Assembly: GCA_951406725.2 (NCBI GenBank)
Contig: OX597824.1
Coordinates: 89,528,001 to 89,592,000, forward strand
Length of the DNA: 64,000 nucleotides
Reading direction: 5' to 3'
Origin: Octopus vulgaris
Taxonomy: Eukaryota
Position numbers and translations under genes: made by a program. The notes under the pieces were generated by a model, which had not been told where the DNA came from, searched no databases, and was given only the letters and a program-made list of their open reading frames with translations. Below, in pieces: positions 42,800-55,900 of the stretch (positions are counted from its first letter, which is position 1; every line of letters begins with the position of its first letter).

Positions 42800-44221
42800 A
42801 AGGTTCAGTGAAATAGATCGGTAATCATGTTCTAAGGACACGAATGTTTCTCTTGAGGCCTGTTGGGGCATTGCAAACCTTTTGGCAAATGGAACTAATT
42901 GAGGGCTCAGTTTGCCTAAGTGCTTGTGGATCATTTACGATGTGTTTTCTTGAGTGGACGGCAAGGCCTGCTTTGCTGCGTGCCACAAAACCACAATGAC
43001 AGGTAAGGTTTGTATTTAGACGAGCGGCGTTTTGCCAGCGTATCTTCATGCTTGCACGAAGTCGGTCCTTATATTGGAGTCGACTTTGCTCAAATCTTTA
43101 AACTGAGAAGATCCAGGACTGGCGCCAGGCCCTGCGTTCTGATGATTTGTTTTCCGAGGAAGAATAGGGAATGCTGCATCGCATCAGTTTGAAGCACAAG
43201 ATTGGTCTTCCAGCTGACCTTCCTGTTTGAAATTGGCCAAAGAGAAGTTGCTTCGAAATTCTGATATCACTTATACGTGAGAGATGATCTGACCATCTAA
43301 GCTGTATTTTGATGAGGATGGTTTCAATACTTGATATGTTGTATTTTGTTAGAATCCCACTGTTTCGAAAATGGTCATTCGATTTTATGTTGGAGGTTGT
43401 ATGCAAGCATCGCATGTGAAAAGCGTCAATGTGGCTGATGGGCTTTCGGTACAGAGTCCAAGATTCAGCACCATAAAGCAATGATGTCAAAACCACCGAC
43501 TTATATAAATCGACTTTTACCTTCAACGATACGTCGTGGCTGTTCCAAAGCTTAACGTAAACGGATCTAGCCTTCCCGATTCTGGATTCAATTTCTTTAT
43601 CCATCTTAGCATCATTGAACACAATGGAACCATGATAAGTGAAGGATGAAATAGCTTTTAATGCTTTTCCATCAAAATATTCTGTAGGGGCAACAGCGGG
43701 AAGATGGTCACAAAATGGGCTGATGGACAAACTCAGTTTTCTTGATGCTGATGGTCAGACCAAAAGCCTTCGATCCATATGGGAAGTTACTTAGAATCCA
43801 TTCCATGTCCTCAAGAGTGTGTGCCACAAGTGCGAAAAGAAAATTGTGAACTGTTTGCACCAAAGTCTTAGTTTTTGTTTCGAAGTGTTGTTGGTTGAAC
43901 AAGCCACCATCAATTCTGTACTTAAACTTCACTTCTTCTTTGGCACAGTGCAAGAACACAGCCTTGTTTTGTCTCATGTGGACACTTCTCCACTAGATCT
44001 GACAGAAGCCATCATTCCTTGATGGAAAGAAATAATGACATTGAGCATTTTTTCGGGAACAACTAAATTTCTAAGGACAACCTAAAGAGCATCCCAAGAT
44101 ACGGTGTCGAAAAGGTCTCGATTGTACTCACGAGCCTCTTCCTGCTATTGTCTTAGGTTGAAAATCATATCCACTGTGCCTCTACCAGCCCAAAAGCCAT
44201 ACTGAGATTCAGGCAACACGA
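42800..44221 (-). mobile_element. RTE-clade LINE 3' portion (RT and C-terminal zinc fingers), pseudogenised
   Basis: LPESQYGF..GRGTVDMIF, FGLTISIKKT, LLYGAESW, QLRWSDHL, CHCGFVARSKAGLAVHSRKH. Confidence 0.92.
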
Positions 44222-45470
44222 AGCTGGCATTGGTAAAAATACATATGCAACTATTTTCAGCTGCTATGCTCCACCCACGACCTCAACTGAAGTAGTCAAA
44301 GAGCAGTTCTACTCCGAGCTACGTAGCCAGTTGAGAGGTGTCTCCATCCCTGATAAAGTTTTTCTTGGTGATTTCACTGCACGTGTAGGTTGTGTGTGGA
44401 AGCACATGGCCTAGTGGTTAGAGCAGCGGATTCGCAGTCGACGGATCGCGGGTTCGAATCTCAGACTGGGTGATGTGTGTGTTTATGATCAAAACACCTA
44501 AGCTCCACGCGGCTCCGGCAGAAGGTAATGGTGAACTTCTGCTGACTCTTTCGCCACAATTTTCTCTCACTCTTTCCTCCTGCATCTAGCAGTTCACCTG
44601 TGATGGACCGGTGTCCCGTCTAGGTGGAGAACCTATACGCCAAGGAAACCGGGAAAACCGGCTCTTATGAGCCAGGCATGGCTCGAGAAGGAACAACATG
44701 TAGGTTGTGATACATCCATATGGGGTGACGTAATATGGAAACATGTGGTTGGCCAGGCGAACTCAAACGGCCACCTGCTGCTGTCGCTTTGCTGTGAGAA
44801 TGGACTTTGGATTACCAGTACCATTTTCCAACTCCCCAACTTCCACAAAAATACCTTGAAGCATCCCCTGTCAAACTATTGATTACATAACTGCGAGGTG
44901 TTCCACGAGGGAAGATGTCCAAGTAACACGTTCTTTCTCCATTGAGGAGCGTTGGTCTGACCATAGACTGATGCGATCAAAGGTGTGAATTTTACTATCT
45001 GCAGTCCTATTCGTAACAATTGCACCCGACCAATTTGAAAAGTGGACGTGACAAAGCTGAGGAACAATGACTATTTAACCTAATTTCAAACAACTTGTGA
45101 CAATAAGCTTCTGGCATCTCAGACAACACAGATGTTGAATCAGCGTGGTTTGCTTTTTAAAATACTGTATTTGAGTCATCTTGTGAAACACTCGGGTTTG
45201 GTAAGAGGAAGCGCCAAGATTGGTTCGACTCAAATGATCCAAACATCTCTCCCTCTTTTGGACAATATGCACAAATGCTAATGTCAATTGATGTCAAATA
45301 AAATTAATGTCACAAGAACGCAACGAGTTTTAAAAGCCCGAAATACAATCCAATCTCAACAGAAGCAAATGAAACAGATATGATGTCAAAAGAACTCTCT
45401 GTTGCTCCATCAAATACTGAGATAAAAAAGGTCATAAAACAGCTCACGAATAAAAAGTCGTCTGGTTAAC
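44222..45470 (+). mobile_element. RTE-clade LINE 5' portion (APE endonuclease and tether), inverted relative to the 3' portion
   Basis: ATIFSCYAPT, LGDFTARVG, NSNGHLLLSLCCENGLWITSTIFQ, IDYI, EIKKVIKQLTNKKSSG. Confidence 0.88.
44395..44698 (+). mobile_element. SINE family C variant inserted in the RTE endonuclease region
   Basis: tRNA-like head; 11-bp TSD tgtaggttgtg at 44384-44394 and 44699-44709. Confidence 0.85.
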
Positions 45471-45971
45471 TATGGCCTCGAAACATGACTATATTCTATG
45501 TTATGACTCAAGGAGATTTTCGTGCCTTGGCACTTATCGAATTAGTTTAATAGATCTGTTAATAGAAACAGGAAAATATACTCAGTATATTCTTTTATTT
45601 ATTCTTTCATTCTTTTACTTGTTTTAGTCATTAGACTGCGGCCATGCTGGAGCATCGTCCTTAATTTTAGCAGGCTGTTGTCTGAGATTCCAGCAAGTTT
45701 GTTGTCACAGGCTGCATATATATAACTCAGTATATGTATATGTGTATATATATAAATATGTGTGTATGTATGTATGTATGTATGTATGTATGTATGTATG
45801 TATGTATGTATGTATGTATGTATGTATGTATGTATGTATGTATGTATGTATGTATGTATGTATGTATGTATGTATGTATGTATGTATGTATGTATGTATA
45901 TATAAATTTATTTTTCGTAATGAGATAAAAAACCAAGGCTATGTAGATTTTAGAACATTTATAGATAGAAG

Positions 45972-46023
45972 GTCTTACAGCTGTTTCCAGGATATTTATT
46001 AAATATATCCCTTCATCGGAGAT
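45972..46023 (-). ncRNA. Hammerhead ribozyme candidate (C4 core variant)
   Basis: TCT-CCGATGA-AGGGATATATTT-aat-AAATATCCTG-GAAA-CAGCTG-TA-AGA. Confidence 0.55.
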
Positions 46024-46263
46024 AGTGTGAGAGGATGGTTAAGTCATAGTTAGTTTAGATATGATACAAATTAGAGAGTGAGGTAGAGGAAAGAAAATAG
46101 ATGTGTGTGTGTGTGTGTGTGTGTGTGTATAACTCAGTATATGTATATATATATGCCTGCTCGCTTAGCCAGCGGGGTGGCGTCATTCGAAGGCTAAAAC
46201 AATGCGAACGCATTGTGACCAGCGATGTGTAACAACATCTGATGGTCTGGTCGGTCACGTGAT

Positions 46264-46313
<50 letters not shown>

Positions 46314-46329
46314 TTACATATATACATAA

Positions 46330-46369
<40 letters not shown>

Positions 46370-46649
46370 TTACATATATATTCCGTTTTTGTCATTGGTT
46401 TTTGCAAGATTCTTTATATGAATTCGTGTGTTGAAGTATATTTTATTACTTTTTCTAAAATTTTCGTTGCTTCTTGCAACCTCTTCAATAATAAAATGTA
46501 TGTACAGACACACACACACATATATATATATATTTATATAAACTAGTATATGTGTATATATATTGAACCGCAAAAAAAAAAAAAGAATTGCCACACTATT
46601 GAGATTATTGGATTTTATCACATTTCAAGGTAATTTGGCATCAGGAAGA

Positions 46650-47055
46650 AGTCAGTGACCCACAACATCACCTTTTTTTTTGAAAACAAAGATTGCATAT
46701 AGAGTTCGAACTCGCTCACTTATTGTAAACATGGTAATGCTCGCGTACGCATCTTTATGAAAAAAATATGATGCCAGTACAAAACGTTGACTCATTGGGT
46801 ATAAATGGCACCCAAATTTACCAGCCTGTCATTCCTTTCCTGAATACAGCAAGCACGCGAAGACTGACACGAAATCAGAGAGAGCAAGTCATCGGACATC
46901 TCCATACTGGTTGACATCCATGAGTCATTGCTAAAGACTTGGACTGCAGTATTCGGACAATTGTGTGGCTGAGGGAAAGATACAGTACCACAAACAGTGG
47001 CTGATTGAGGGTTACAGTGGCACATCAAGATCGTCACCTGCACCAACAGCAGTTG
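46650..47055 (+). mobile_element. Tc1-like transposon 5' remnant
   Basis: RLTRNQREQVIGHLHTG*HP*VIAKDLDCSIRTIVWLRERY resembles the Tc1 N-terminal HTH. Confidence 0.65.
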
Positions 47056-47270
47056 CAGGACCGATTCGGGGGGCGGGGGGGCAACGGGATCAGCTAAGCA
47101 GACCTTAGGGACTCACCGCCGGCTGAGAGCTTTAGGCCAATCAAAGCTTAATTTAAGGCTGTGCTCCTGCATGGCCGTAATTCTACGACTGACACCATTC
47201 AAAGAATAAAGGAATCCTGACTTTAGCACTAAGAAACAACTGTGAATACATGATGCGACCAGTAGTTTTA

Positions 47271-47327
<57 letters not shown>

Positions 47328-47410
47328 ATATATATATATAGTCAATAATAAAAGGGTAAAATTAATTAATTATTAATTATCAATTTACCAAGTAGTGTTC
47401 AGTATGTAAA

Positions 47411-47517
47411 AAGACCATTTACGGTTTAAAACATTACGTTATATAATTAGGGTTCAGTAAATTATTTTACTGAACCCTAATTATATAACGTAATGTTTTA
47501 AATATACGGTAAATGGT

Positions 47518-47520
<3 letters not shown>
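47411..47520. repeat. ~110-bp palindrome in a TA-embedded element
   Basis: aagaccatttac...gggttcagtaaa / tttactgaaccc...gtaaatggtctt. Confidence 0.9.
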
Positions 47521-47564
<44 letters not shown>

Positions 47565-50500
47565 TGTGCGGATGTGTATATGTACGTATTTATATGTGTG
47601 TGCGTGTCTACACCGACGCATACAGCAGTCAAGATATATAGGCTGTTTGAGTATAGTTAGTTTATATACACAACATCTGCAACTTTCTGTATGGGCTGCT
47701 TTTTCTTGGGTCACTTGACCTGCTAATAATTGCAACCTGATCGCTCTCAAATTTAACACTGCCATTTAAAAAAAACTGAAAGATAATGTAGTTCTAAATA
47801 TATAGTGTAAGTGAGTGGACAAACATTTTACGCGGGAGCCGTAGATGTACGAAAATATTCAACAGACATAAATTGATGGTCTCGTTCAGTTACGCACCTC
47901 CTGTCAAAAAGGTATTGGTTAGTACTCCAAAGACTAAGTGTTCGTATAGAATTAACAGTCCGTGTTCAGTTAGGGATCAGAGCAATTCAGACGCATTGTC
48001 TACGAAGCAGAAGTAGTGTCCACCAACGTCAACGAGATGGTGCATATACAGAGACACGGCAGGGCAAAGCGGGCCCCCTTTATGACTAGATACATCTTCT
48101 TTCAAAATCTAAGAAACATAGAATGTTACAAATTTCGCCAGCTTCATATGCTGACTTAAATTGGACGTATCGCCGTTTAACATCAGATTGAGGTTACTGG
48201 AATATTCTGGGTATTAACTTGATGGAAATAAAAGTGCGGGCTCTGCTTAGGGAAGGGGAGAATCATTGTAAAAACATTAAATTGTTTCAGGCGCTTTTGT
48301 AAACAAGAAAAACGAAATATTCGGATGCTGCCCACATCATGAAACGATCATGTCCACTTTTTTTTTAAACTAGTAAACTTTATATGTACGCATACAACTT
48401 CAATGCTTGACTCATGTCTAACATTAACACACAGGAATGAATAATTCTTCTGTTCTTTCCCCTCCCATCCAAATAATTTTTTTTACTATGCTTCGTTCTT
48501 CTTTTTCTAACTGCCTAAACAATCTAAAATCTCTTATCTCCAGCAGAAAGAGAGCTATGCGCTTCCGGCCAGCATGTCAGAAGAGTTGCTAATATTGTCA
48601 AGAGGCGGCGAGCTGGCAGAATCGTTAACACGCCGGGAAAAAATGGTTAGCGGCATTTCGTTCGTCTTTATGTTCTGAGTTCAAATCCCGCCGAGGTCGA
48701 CTTTCCTTTTCATCCTTTCGGCGTCGATAAAATAAGTACCAGCTGAATACTGGGCTCGATGTAATCGACTTAATCCGTTTGTCTGTCCTTGTTTGTCCTC
48801 TCTGTGTTTAGCCCCTTGTGGGCAATAAAGAAATAAGAGCCCTCTTCTCTAAAACTGCTGGTTCCGTTCTCATAATTGTTTCGCTAATCCAATGGCAACA
48901 ATACAAAGCATGTAGCCCTTAAAACGGTTTTTGTGCATTTACAGAGGATACCGAACTGTCTGGCACAGGATCTTGTTTTTAGGAATCCCCAATAAGTTAT
49001 GAATACCCAAATTGTGAAGTCAGTTATGTAATAACATGAAATTAGTTACCCGATACTAAGAATTCAAATGAAGTAGTCCCAAAAAGGCTTTAATGCGTTC
49101 CCAGAGTATATAGAACATAGGAGGAAATATTAATAAAGTATGTATACTAAAATTGTGAATCAAGTTACGTAATAACAGGCTAATCAGATATGAGATAATA
49201 ACGATTCAAAGTAAATAACTCTGAAAAGGGCTTTTGTGCGTTCCCAGAGAATACAACAATCTGAGTATGCCATGAGGTTACCAGACATGAGTTCTACTCA
49301 TGTGTCAAGTTTTATCAAAATCGATAAAACGATGTAGGAGGAGTTAGGTAACAACGCCACAAACACACCCACAGTCAGAATTTCCCACATATGTAGTAGA
49401 TATATATATACACCACAGGATTCTTTCAGTTTCCGTCTAACAAATCCCCTCACAAGACTTGGGTCGGCTCGGGACTATAGTAGAATACACTTACTCAAGG
49501 CGCCACGCAGTGGGACTGAACTCAGAACCAAATGGTTTGAAAGCAAGTTTTTTTTTACCACACAGCCACACCTGCGCTTAAATGGAATATTTTAGAAAGA
49601 AAATCTTGTATATATCAATGAGTATTGCCTTATTTGTTGTTATCTCTCAAGCACACACACACATACACACATACACACACAAACATATGCGTACTTAATA
49701 CACATGCACTCATGTTTTTCTGTGAGAAAACAAAAATATAAAACAAATGTATATCTGGGAAAAGGATGTGAAGTGACCTACATGGATAATAGTCTCATTC
49801 CACGAAGAAAAACTTCATCCAATTCCAAACAGGATCCTTAGTTTTGTATTATCTCGTCAAGTATCGTTTTAATGAGAATCGAGACCCTTATTCCTTATTT
49901 TCTCACAGATATATAGTCTTCTTTTTTTTAAATTTGGGGCAGGATGTTTTCGAGGTGGAGGGGAAATTTAGTTAAGCTTAATGAAAGGTCAAGAAACTTT
50001 GCAAACAAATTCAGCGAATAACAATTGAACGGAAATATAAAACTGTTATATATGATTAATATGAATAAGTTACCATCAACAGCTGTGACAACAGCAGCAA
50101 CATTAACAACAGCAACAACGACAACAATAACAACAACAACAGCTGCCACAAAGAACACTTTCCTTCATTAAATACGCTGGCGAATTAATGAGTTTTAACC
50201 ATGTTATCATTATAACGAGAAAATTTTCTCGCCCTGTAAGTAACATAATTGTAGGAATTTTTGTGTGGCCTGATATGTAGGGTTGGGTAGGGACTAAATG
50301 AACTTGGGTTAGCACTTAGTTTTTTTTTTTTTCATTTTCTTTTTAATTATTCTTGTTAATTATTCTCACGTTCATTATTTCTGTGATAGTTCATACGAAT
50401 GTTAAATCGGTTCTTGTTGAACATCGATAATTGAAAACTTCAGAATAAGCGGGTGGCGTATTGAAGAACGAGGAGAACTTCAGTTTGGGTGATATCTGGT

Positions 50501-51534
50501 CTGTATTAACTAATAAAACAGTGGAATCCGGGAAAAATAGACAAGCGATGTTTGATGTCGATGGAAAAATAAGAATAGAAATATTGGTTTAAAATTTCAG
50601 ATTTTAAAATTTTGGCACAAAGTCAGAAATTTCGGAGAATTTTCGCAATTTATCCAGTACAACCCTTAAACAAGTAAATAGTATTTTCCTAAACAATAGA
50701 TCCACTTATGTCGGTTAGTGACTTATTCACAAGTATACCAACACTAGCGCCCCTGAGGGCAGTATTCTCTGGGAACGCACAAAAGCCCTTTTCAGAGTTA
50801 TCTACTTTGAATCGTTATTATCTCATATCTGATTAGCCTGTTATTACAAAGTCAGAAATTTCGGAGAATGGGGAAAATGGTTACATTGACCCCAGTGATT
50901 AACTGATACCCATTTTATCGACCTTGAAAGGATGTAAAGTAAAGCCGACTTCGGAGAAATTTTAACTCAGAACGTAAAGACAGATGGAATGCCAGCAAGC
51001 ATTTTGCTCGACTCGATAGCGATACTGTCGGATCGGCACTTTAAATGCTACATACATTAAGGTCACTTTTAAGCTGTGAAGAAAAAGAGACGTTTCGGTC
51101 TCTCGTACATCATCAAGAAGAGAAAAGTGAGAGGGGGTGAGAGAGAGCGGGAGAGGTAGAGAGAGGGAGAGAGAAAAAGAGAGGATGAATAAAAGGAGAG
51201 AGTAAATCAGTGTTTTTAAGTCCCAAATTTCTAACTCAGCTCTTTTCTCAAAAGGTCAGCCGTCCAATTTTTGAGAACATTCCGAAAGTCAAAGAGAAAT
51301 AGGATAACTATGGACACTGCTTCGAAACTCTCAGCTTCTGTATTCCGGTTGTAAATTCATATCTATACCAGTAATAATTGGTGCCCGTTTGTTACTAGAT
51401 GCCTAAGTGACAATCTCGAAAAATTAGTAGACAAACAAACACGCACGCAAAGACACAATCTGTAAGCAGAACATTAAAAATATACAAGACTTTTCTCAAG
51501 TTTAAAATGTGACATTGTTATGTTACTCTCTTTT

Positions 51535-51752
51535 CTTTTACTCTCTTTTACTTGTTTCAGTCATTTGACCGTGGCCATGCTGGAGCACCGCCTTTTTTTT
51601 AGTCGAGCAAATCGACCCCAGGACTTATTCTTTGTAAGCCTATTACTTATTCTATCGGTCTCTCTTGCCGAACCGCTAAGTTACGGGGACGTAAACACAC
51701 CCGCATCGGTTGTCAAGTGATGTTGGGGGGACAAAGACAGATACACAAACAT

Positions 51753-51783
<31 letters not shown>

Positions 51784-51950
51784 CATATATACGACGGGCT
51801 TCTTTCAGTTTCCGTCTACCAAATCCACTCACAAGGCTTTGGTCGGCCCGAGGCTATAGTAGAAGACACTTGCCCAAGGTGCCACGCAGTGGGACTGAAC
51901 CCGAAACCATGTGGTTCGTAAGCAAGCTACTTACCACAAGCCACTCCCAT
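51535..51950 (-). mobile_element. SINE family A immediately downstream of tRNA-Leu
   Basis: Matches 17326-17742. Confidence 0.9.
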
Positions 51951-51957
51951 TATTATT

Positions 51958-52039
51958 TGGCAGCGATGGGATTCGAACCCACGCCTCCGAAGAGAATGGT
52001 GCCTAAAACCAGCGCCTTAGACCACTCGGCCACGCTACC
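51958..52039 (-). tRNA. tRNA-Leu (anticodon TAG), possibly slightly degenerate
   Basis: GGTAGCGTGGCCGAGTGGTCTAAGGCGCTGGTTTTAGGCACCATTCTCTTCGGAGGCGTGGGTTCGAATCCCATCGCTGCCA: 82 nt, long variable arm, A/B boxes; one mismatch at the top of the anticodon stem and a G.U pair in the T-stem. Confidence 0.92.
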
Positions 52040-52141
52040 TCCCGTTATCAATATTCTAAAGATGAGACTTTGTATCTTTGTTAGAAAGCAGCTCCAGCTT
52101 TACAGGAAGATTTCAAATAATTAAAAATATAAAAAAAACAT

Positions 52142-52560
52142 AGGCGCAGGAGTGGCTGTGTGGTAAGTAGCTTGCTAACCAACCACATGGTTCCGGGTTC
52201 AGTCCCACTGCGTGGCATCTTGGGCAACTGTCTTCTGCTATAGCCCCGGGCCGACCAATGCCTTGTGAGTGGATTTGGTAGACGGAAACTGAAAGAAGCC
52301 TGTCGTATATATGTATATATATATATATGTGTGTGTGTGTATGTCTGTGTATGTCTGTGTTTGTCCTCCTAGCATTGCTTGACAACCGATGCTGGTGTGT
52401 TTACGACCCCGTCACTTAGCGGTTCGGCAAAAGAGACCGATAGAATAAGTACTGGGCTTACAAAGAATAAGTCCCGGGTCGATTTGCTCGACTAAAGGCG
52501 GTGCTCCAGCACGGCCGCAGTCAAATGACTGAAACAAGTAAAAGAATAAAAGAAAAAGAA
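52142..52560 (+). mobile_element. SINE family A, full length, divergent from tRNA-Leu
   Basis: Near-identical to 17326-17742. Confidence 0.9.
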
Positions 52561-52892
52561 TTTATGCAAAAGATAAAAGTTTAAATTTCCTCTTCCTTTT
52601 GAATTTGAACATCTTCGTTTTTCAATTTAAACATTTGCTTTTAATTTCGGTTTAAAATATACTTCCTCTTCTTGGTTTCCCAGCCCTTGGTTTCAGTTTG
52701 TTTTTTAAACCAAATAAACGTTTTATCACTTCGTTGTTTCAAAGTGCAAAAGAAAAAAAATAGGTTACAGAAACTGAAAAAGAAAATAAATTTAGCTGCA
52801 AGTCACTGGCGGTCATGTAACTACGCTCTGATATTTTCAGTTTTTAGCAAAACGGCGTACGCAGTATATTATCACGTCCTACAGAGTGTGGA

Positions 52893-53640
52893 TGGAGGCG
52901 CAATGGCCCAGTGGTTTGGGCAGCGGACTCGCGGTCGTGGGATCGCGGTTTCAATCTCCAGGCGGCGAGCTGGCAGAAACGTCGGGCGAAATGCTTAGCG
53001 GTATTTCGTCTGCCGTTATGTCGTGAGTTCAAATTCCGCCGAGGTCGACTTTACCTTTCATCCTTTCGGGGTCGATAAATTAAGTACCAGTTACGCACTG
53101 GGGTCGATGTAATCTACTTAATACCTATGTCTGTCCTTGTTTGTCCCCTCTGTGTTTAGCTCCTTGTGGGTAATAAAGAAATGGGTTTCAATCTCCAGAC
53201 CGGGCATTGTGAGTGTTTATTGAGCGAAAACACCTAAAGCTCTACGAGGCTCCGTCAGGGGTTGGTGGTGAACCCTGCTGTACTCTTTCACCACAACTTT
53301 CTTTCACCCTTTCTTCCTGTTTCTCTTGTACCTGTATTTCAAAGAGCCAGCCTTGTCACGCTCTGTGTCACACTGAATCTCCCTGAGAACTTCGTTAAGG
53401 TTACACGTGTCTGTGGAGTGCTCAGCCACTTGTACGTTAATAAATGAGCTGCGACATCACTGGTGCCAAGCTGTATCGGCCTTTGCCTTTCCCTTGGATA
53501 ACACTGGTGGCGTGGAGGGAGGAGGCTGGTATGCATGGGCGACTGCTGGTCTTCCATAAACAACTTTGCCCAGACTTGTGCCTCGGAGGGTAACTTTCTA
53601 GGTGCAATCCCATGGTCATTCATGACTGAAGGGGGTCACA
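52893..53640 (+). mobile_element. SINE family C with a nested family B copy (52962-53183)
   Basis: 15-bp TSD ggtttcaatctccag at 52947-52961 and 53184-53198. Confidence 0.88.
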
Positions 53641-53974
53641 CAATCACACATAGTGTGGTCAGAATATGTTTATTTATTCCCTTGGTAAAGCTTTGGACTA
53701 AAAATTTAGTTTATGAATTTCTCTCTTTTTCTCTTTTACTCTTTTACTTGCTTCAATCATTTGACTGTGGCCATGCTGGAGCACCGCCTTTAGTCGAGCA
53801 AACCGACACAAAGACTTATTCTTTGTAAACCTAGTACTTAATCTGTCGGTCTCTTTTGCTGAACCGCTAAGTTACGGGAACGTAAACACACCAGCATTGG
53901 TTGTCAAGCGATATTGGTGGTGGTGGTGGTGGTGGGGGGGAACAAACACAGACACACAAATATATACACACACA

Positions 53975-54030
<56 letters not shown>

Positions 54031-54623
54031 TACGACAGGCTTCTTTCAGTTTCCGTCTACCAAATCCACTCACAAGGCTTTGGTCGGCCGAGGCTATAGG
54101 AGAAGACACTTGCCCAAGGTGCCACGCAGTGGGACTGAACCCGGAACCGTGTGGTTCGTAAGCAAGCTACTTACCACACAACCACTCCTACGCCTATGCG
54201 ATGAAGCAAAAGTTTCGGTTTTAGGATTTATTAAATAAGGGTATTTGAAGAAAATATATTTTTTTCTATAAAAATAAGTATTTTACATTCAGCATATGTT
54301 TCTATTTCTAGATTTTAGATCTACTTACGCTCGCGTGCGCAAATACATATGGTTGAAATTCAGAGAAAAACATAAGACGAAAACAAGTGTTTAAACAACA
54401 ACCAAGTGTATAAGTTTGGCGCTCTGGAAAATGAAAAAAGTCTTTTATGTTTCAAGCCTATGCTCTTCAATTGAAAGAAATACGAGAAATTAAGCCGAAA
54501 GAGAACGCAAAAAAAAAAAACTTGTTGAATTCAGCGGTCCAGTATGGCCAATGTATATATATATATTTGGGCCGACCAAAGACTTGTGAGTGGATTTAGT
54601 AGAAGGAAACTGAAAGAAACACG

Positions 54624-54666
<43 letters not shown>

Positions 54667-55493
54667 TCTGTGCGTGTGTGTGTGTCTGTGTTTGCATTTG
54701 TCACCACCACTGACTGACAACCGGTGTTGGTGTGTTTGCATCCCCGTAAAAGAGATCAATAGAATACGTACAATGCTTAAAAAAAATAAATATTGGGGTC
54801 GATTCATTCGACTAAAAATTCAAGGGGGTGCCCCAGCATGGCCACAGTCTAATGACTGAAATACGTAAAAGAGTATATATATAGTACTTATTCTATCGGT
54901 CTCTTTTGCCGAAGCGCTAAGTTAAGGTGATGTAAACACCTGAATCGGTGGAAGGACACACACACACACATACCAAATCCATTCACAAAGCTGACCGACC
55001 TTTTTTCTTCATCTCCAGTTTTTGAGATGAAGGAAAAAGGTTAGCCATTTCCCCAACAATCCGTATAAATACTTAAATATGATTTCTGATGAAGTTTCAG
55101 CGAAGCAATACACGCTTTCTCCTACCAAATACTGTCTACAAATTCTTTCTGTATATATGCTTCTATGCAATCATGATTTTTGATGAACTTATGAATTATG
55201 AATTGATTTTACTACCTACTTTGAACACTTTTATTTCAACACAAAAGCCCCTCTGAACATTTTCAACACAAAGCCCCTCTTAACATTTTCTTATCATTGT
55301 CAAAGATTCTATTTCTTAACATTTTCTTCTCATTATCAAAGACTGTATTTTAATACATCTATGATAACCATTTTTAACACCACAAAGGCCACACAAAGCC
55401 TTACATTTTACTTTTTAAAATCTTTTTAAAAAAATTGAAACCGTTCAAGTCAATAAACATCTTTAAAAGATATCTGCCTTTGCAAATCCTCTT

Positions 55494-55530
<37 letters not shown>

Positions 55531-55577
55531 AAGTTTGAAAACGCCACTAAATAAGATAAATTTTAATTTTCTTAAAG

Positions 55578-55625
55578 ATTTTACATATTTCGGTTCTTCT
55601 TGAGAAAACGAGCCTTATCAAATAT
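55578..55625 (-). ncRNA. Degenerate hammerhead candidate, U3-A8 variant
   Basis: ATAT-TTGATAA-GGCTC-loop-GAACC-GAAA-TATG-TA-AAAT. Confidence 0.45.
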
Positions 55626-55784
55626 ATTTTAAAAATTTAAGTGTAATAAAAAAGTTCATATTTGTTTCTTACTAGTCTCATCAGAGTTCACGTGGTGGTG
55701 TTTTGTGGGGGATGGAGAGCATAATGGCTGTCTTGTGCATTGACTAGATTCGTTGGCTGTAATCCCCCCACAAAACTTACATAC

Positions 55785-55852
<68 letters not shown>

Positions 55853-55863
55853 CATAGATATAT

Positions 55864-55897
<34 letters not shown>

Positions 55898-55900
<3 letters not shown>

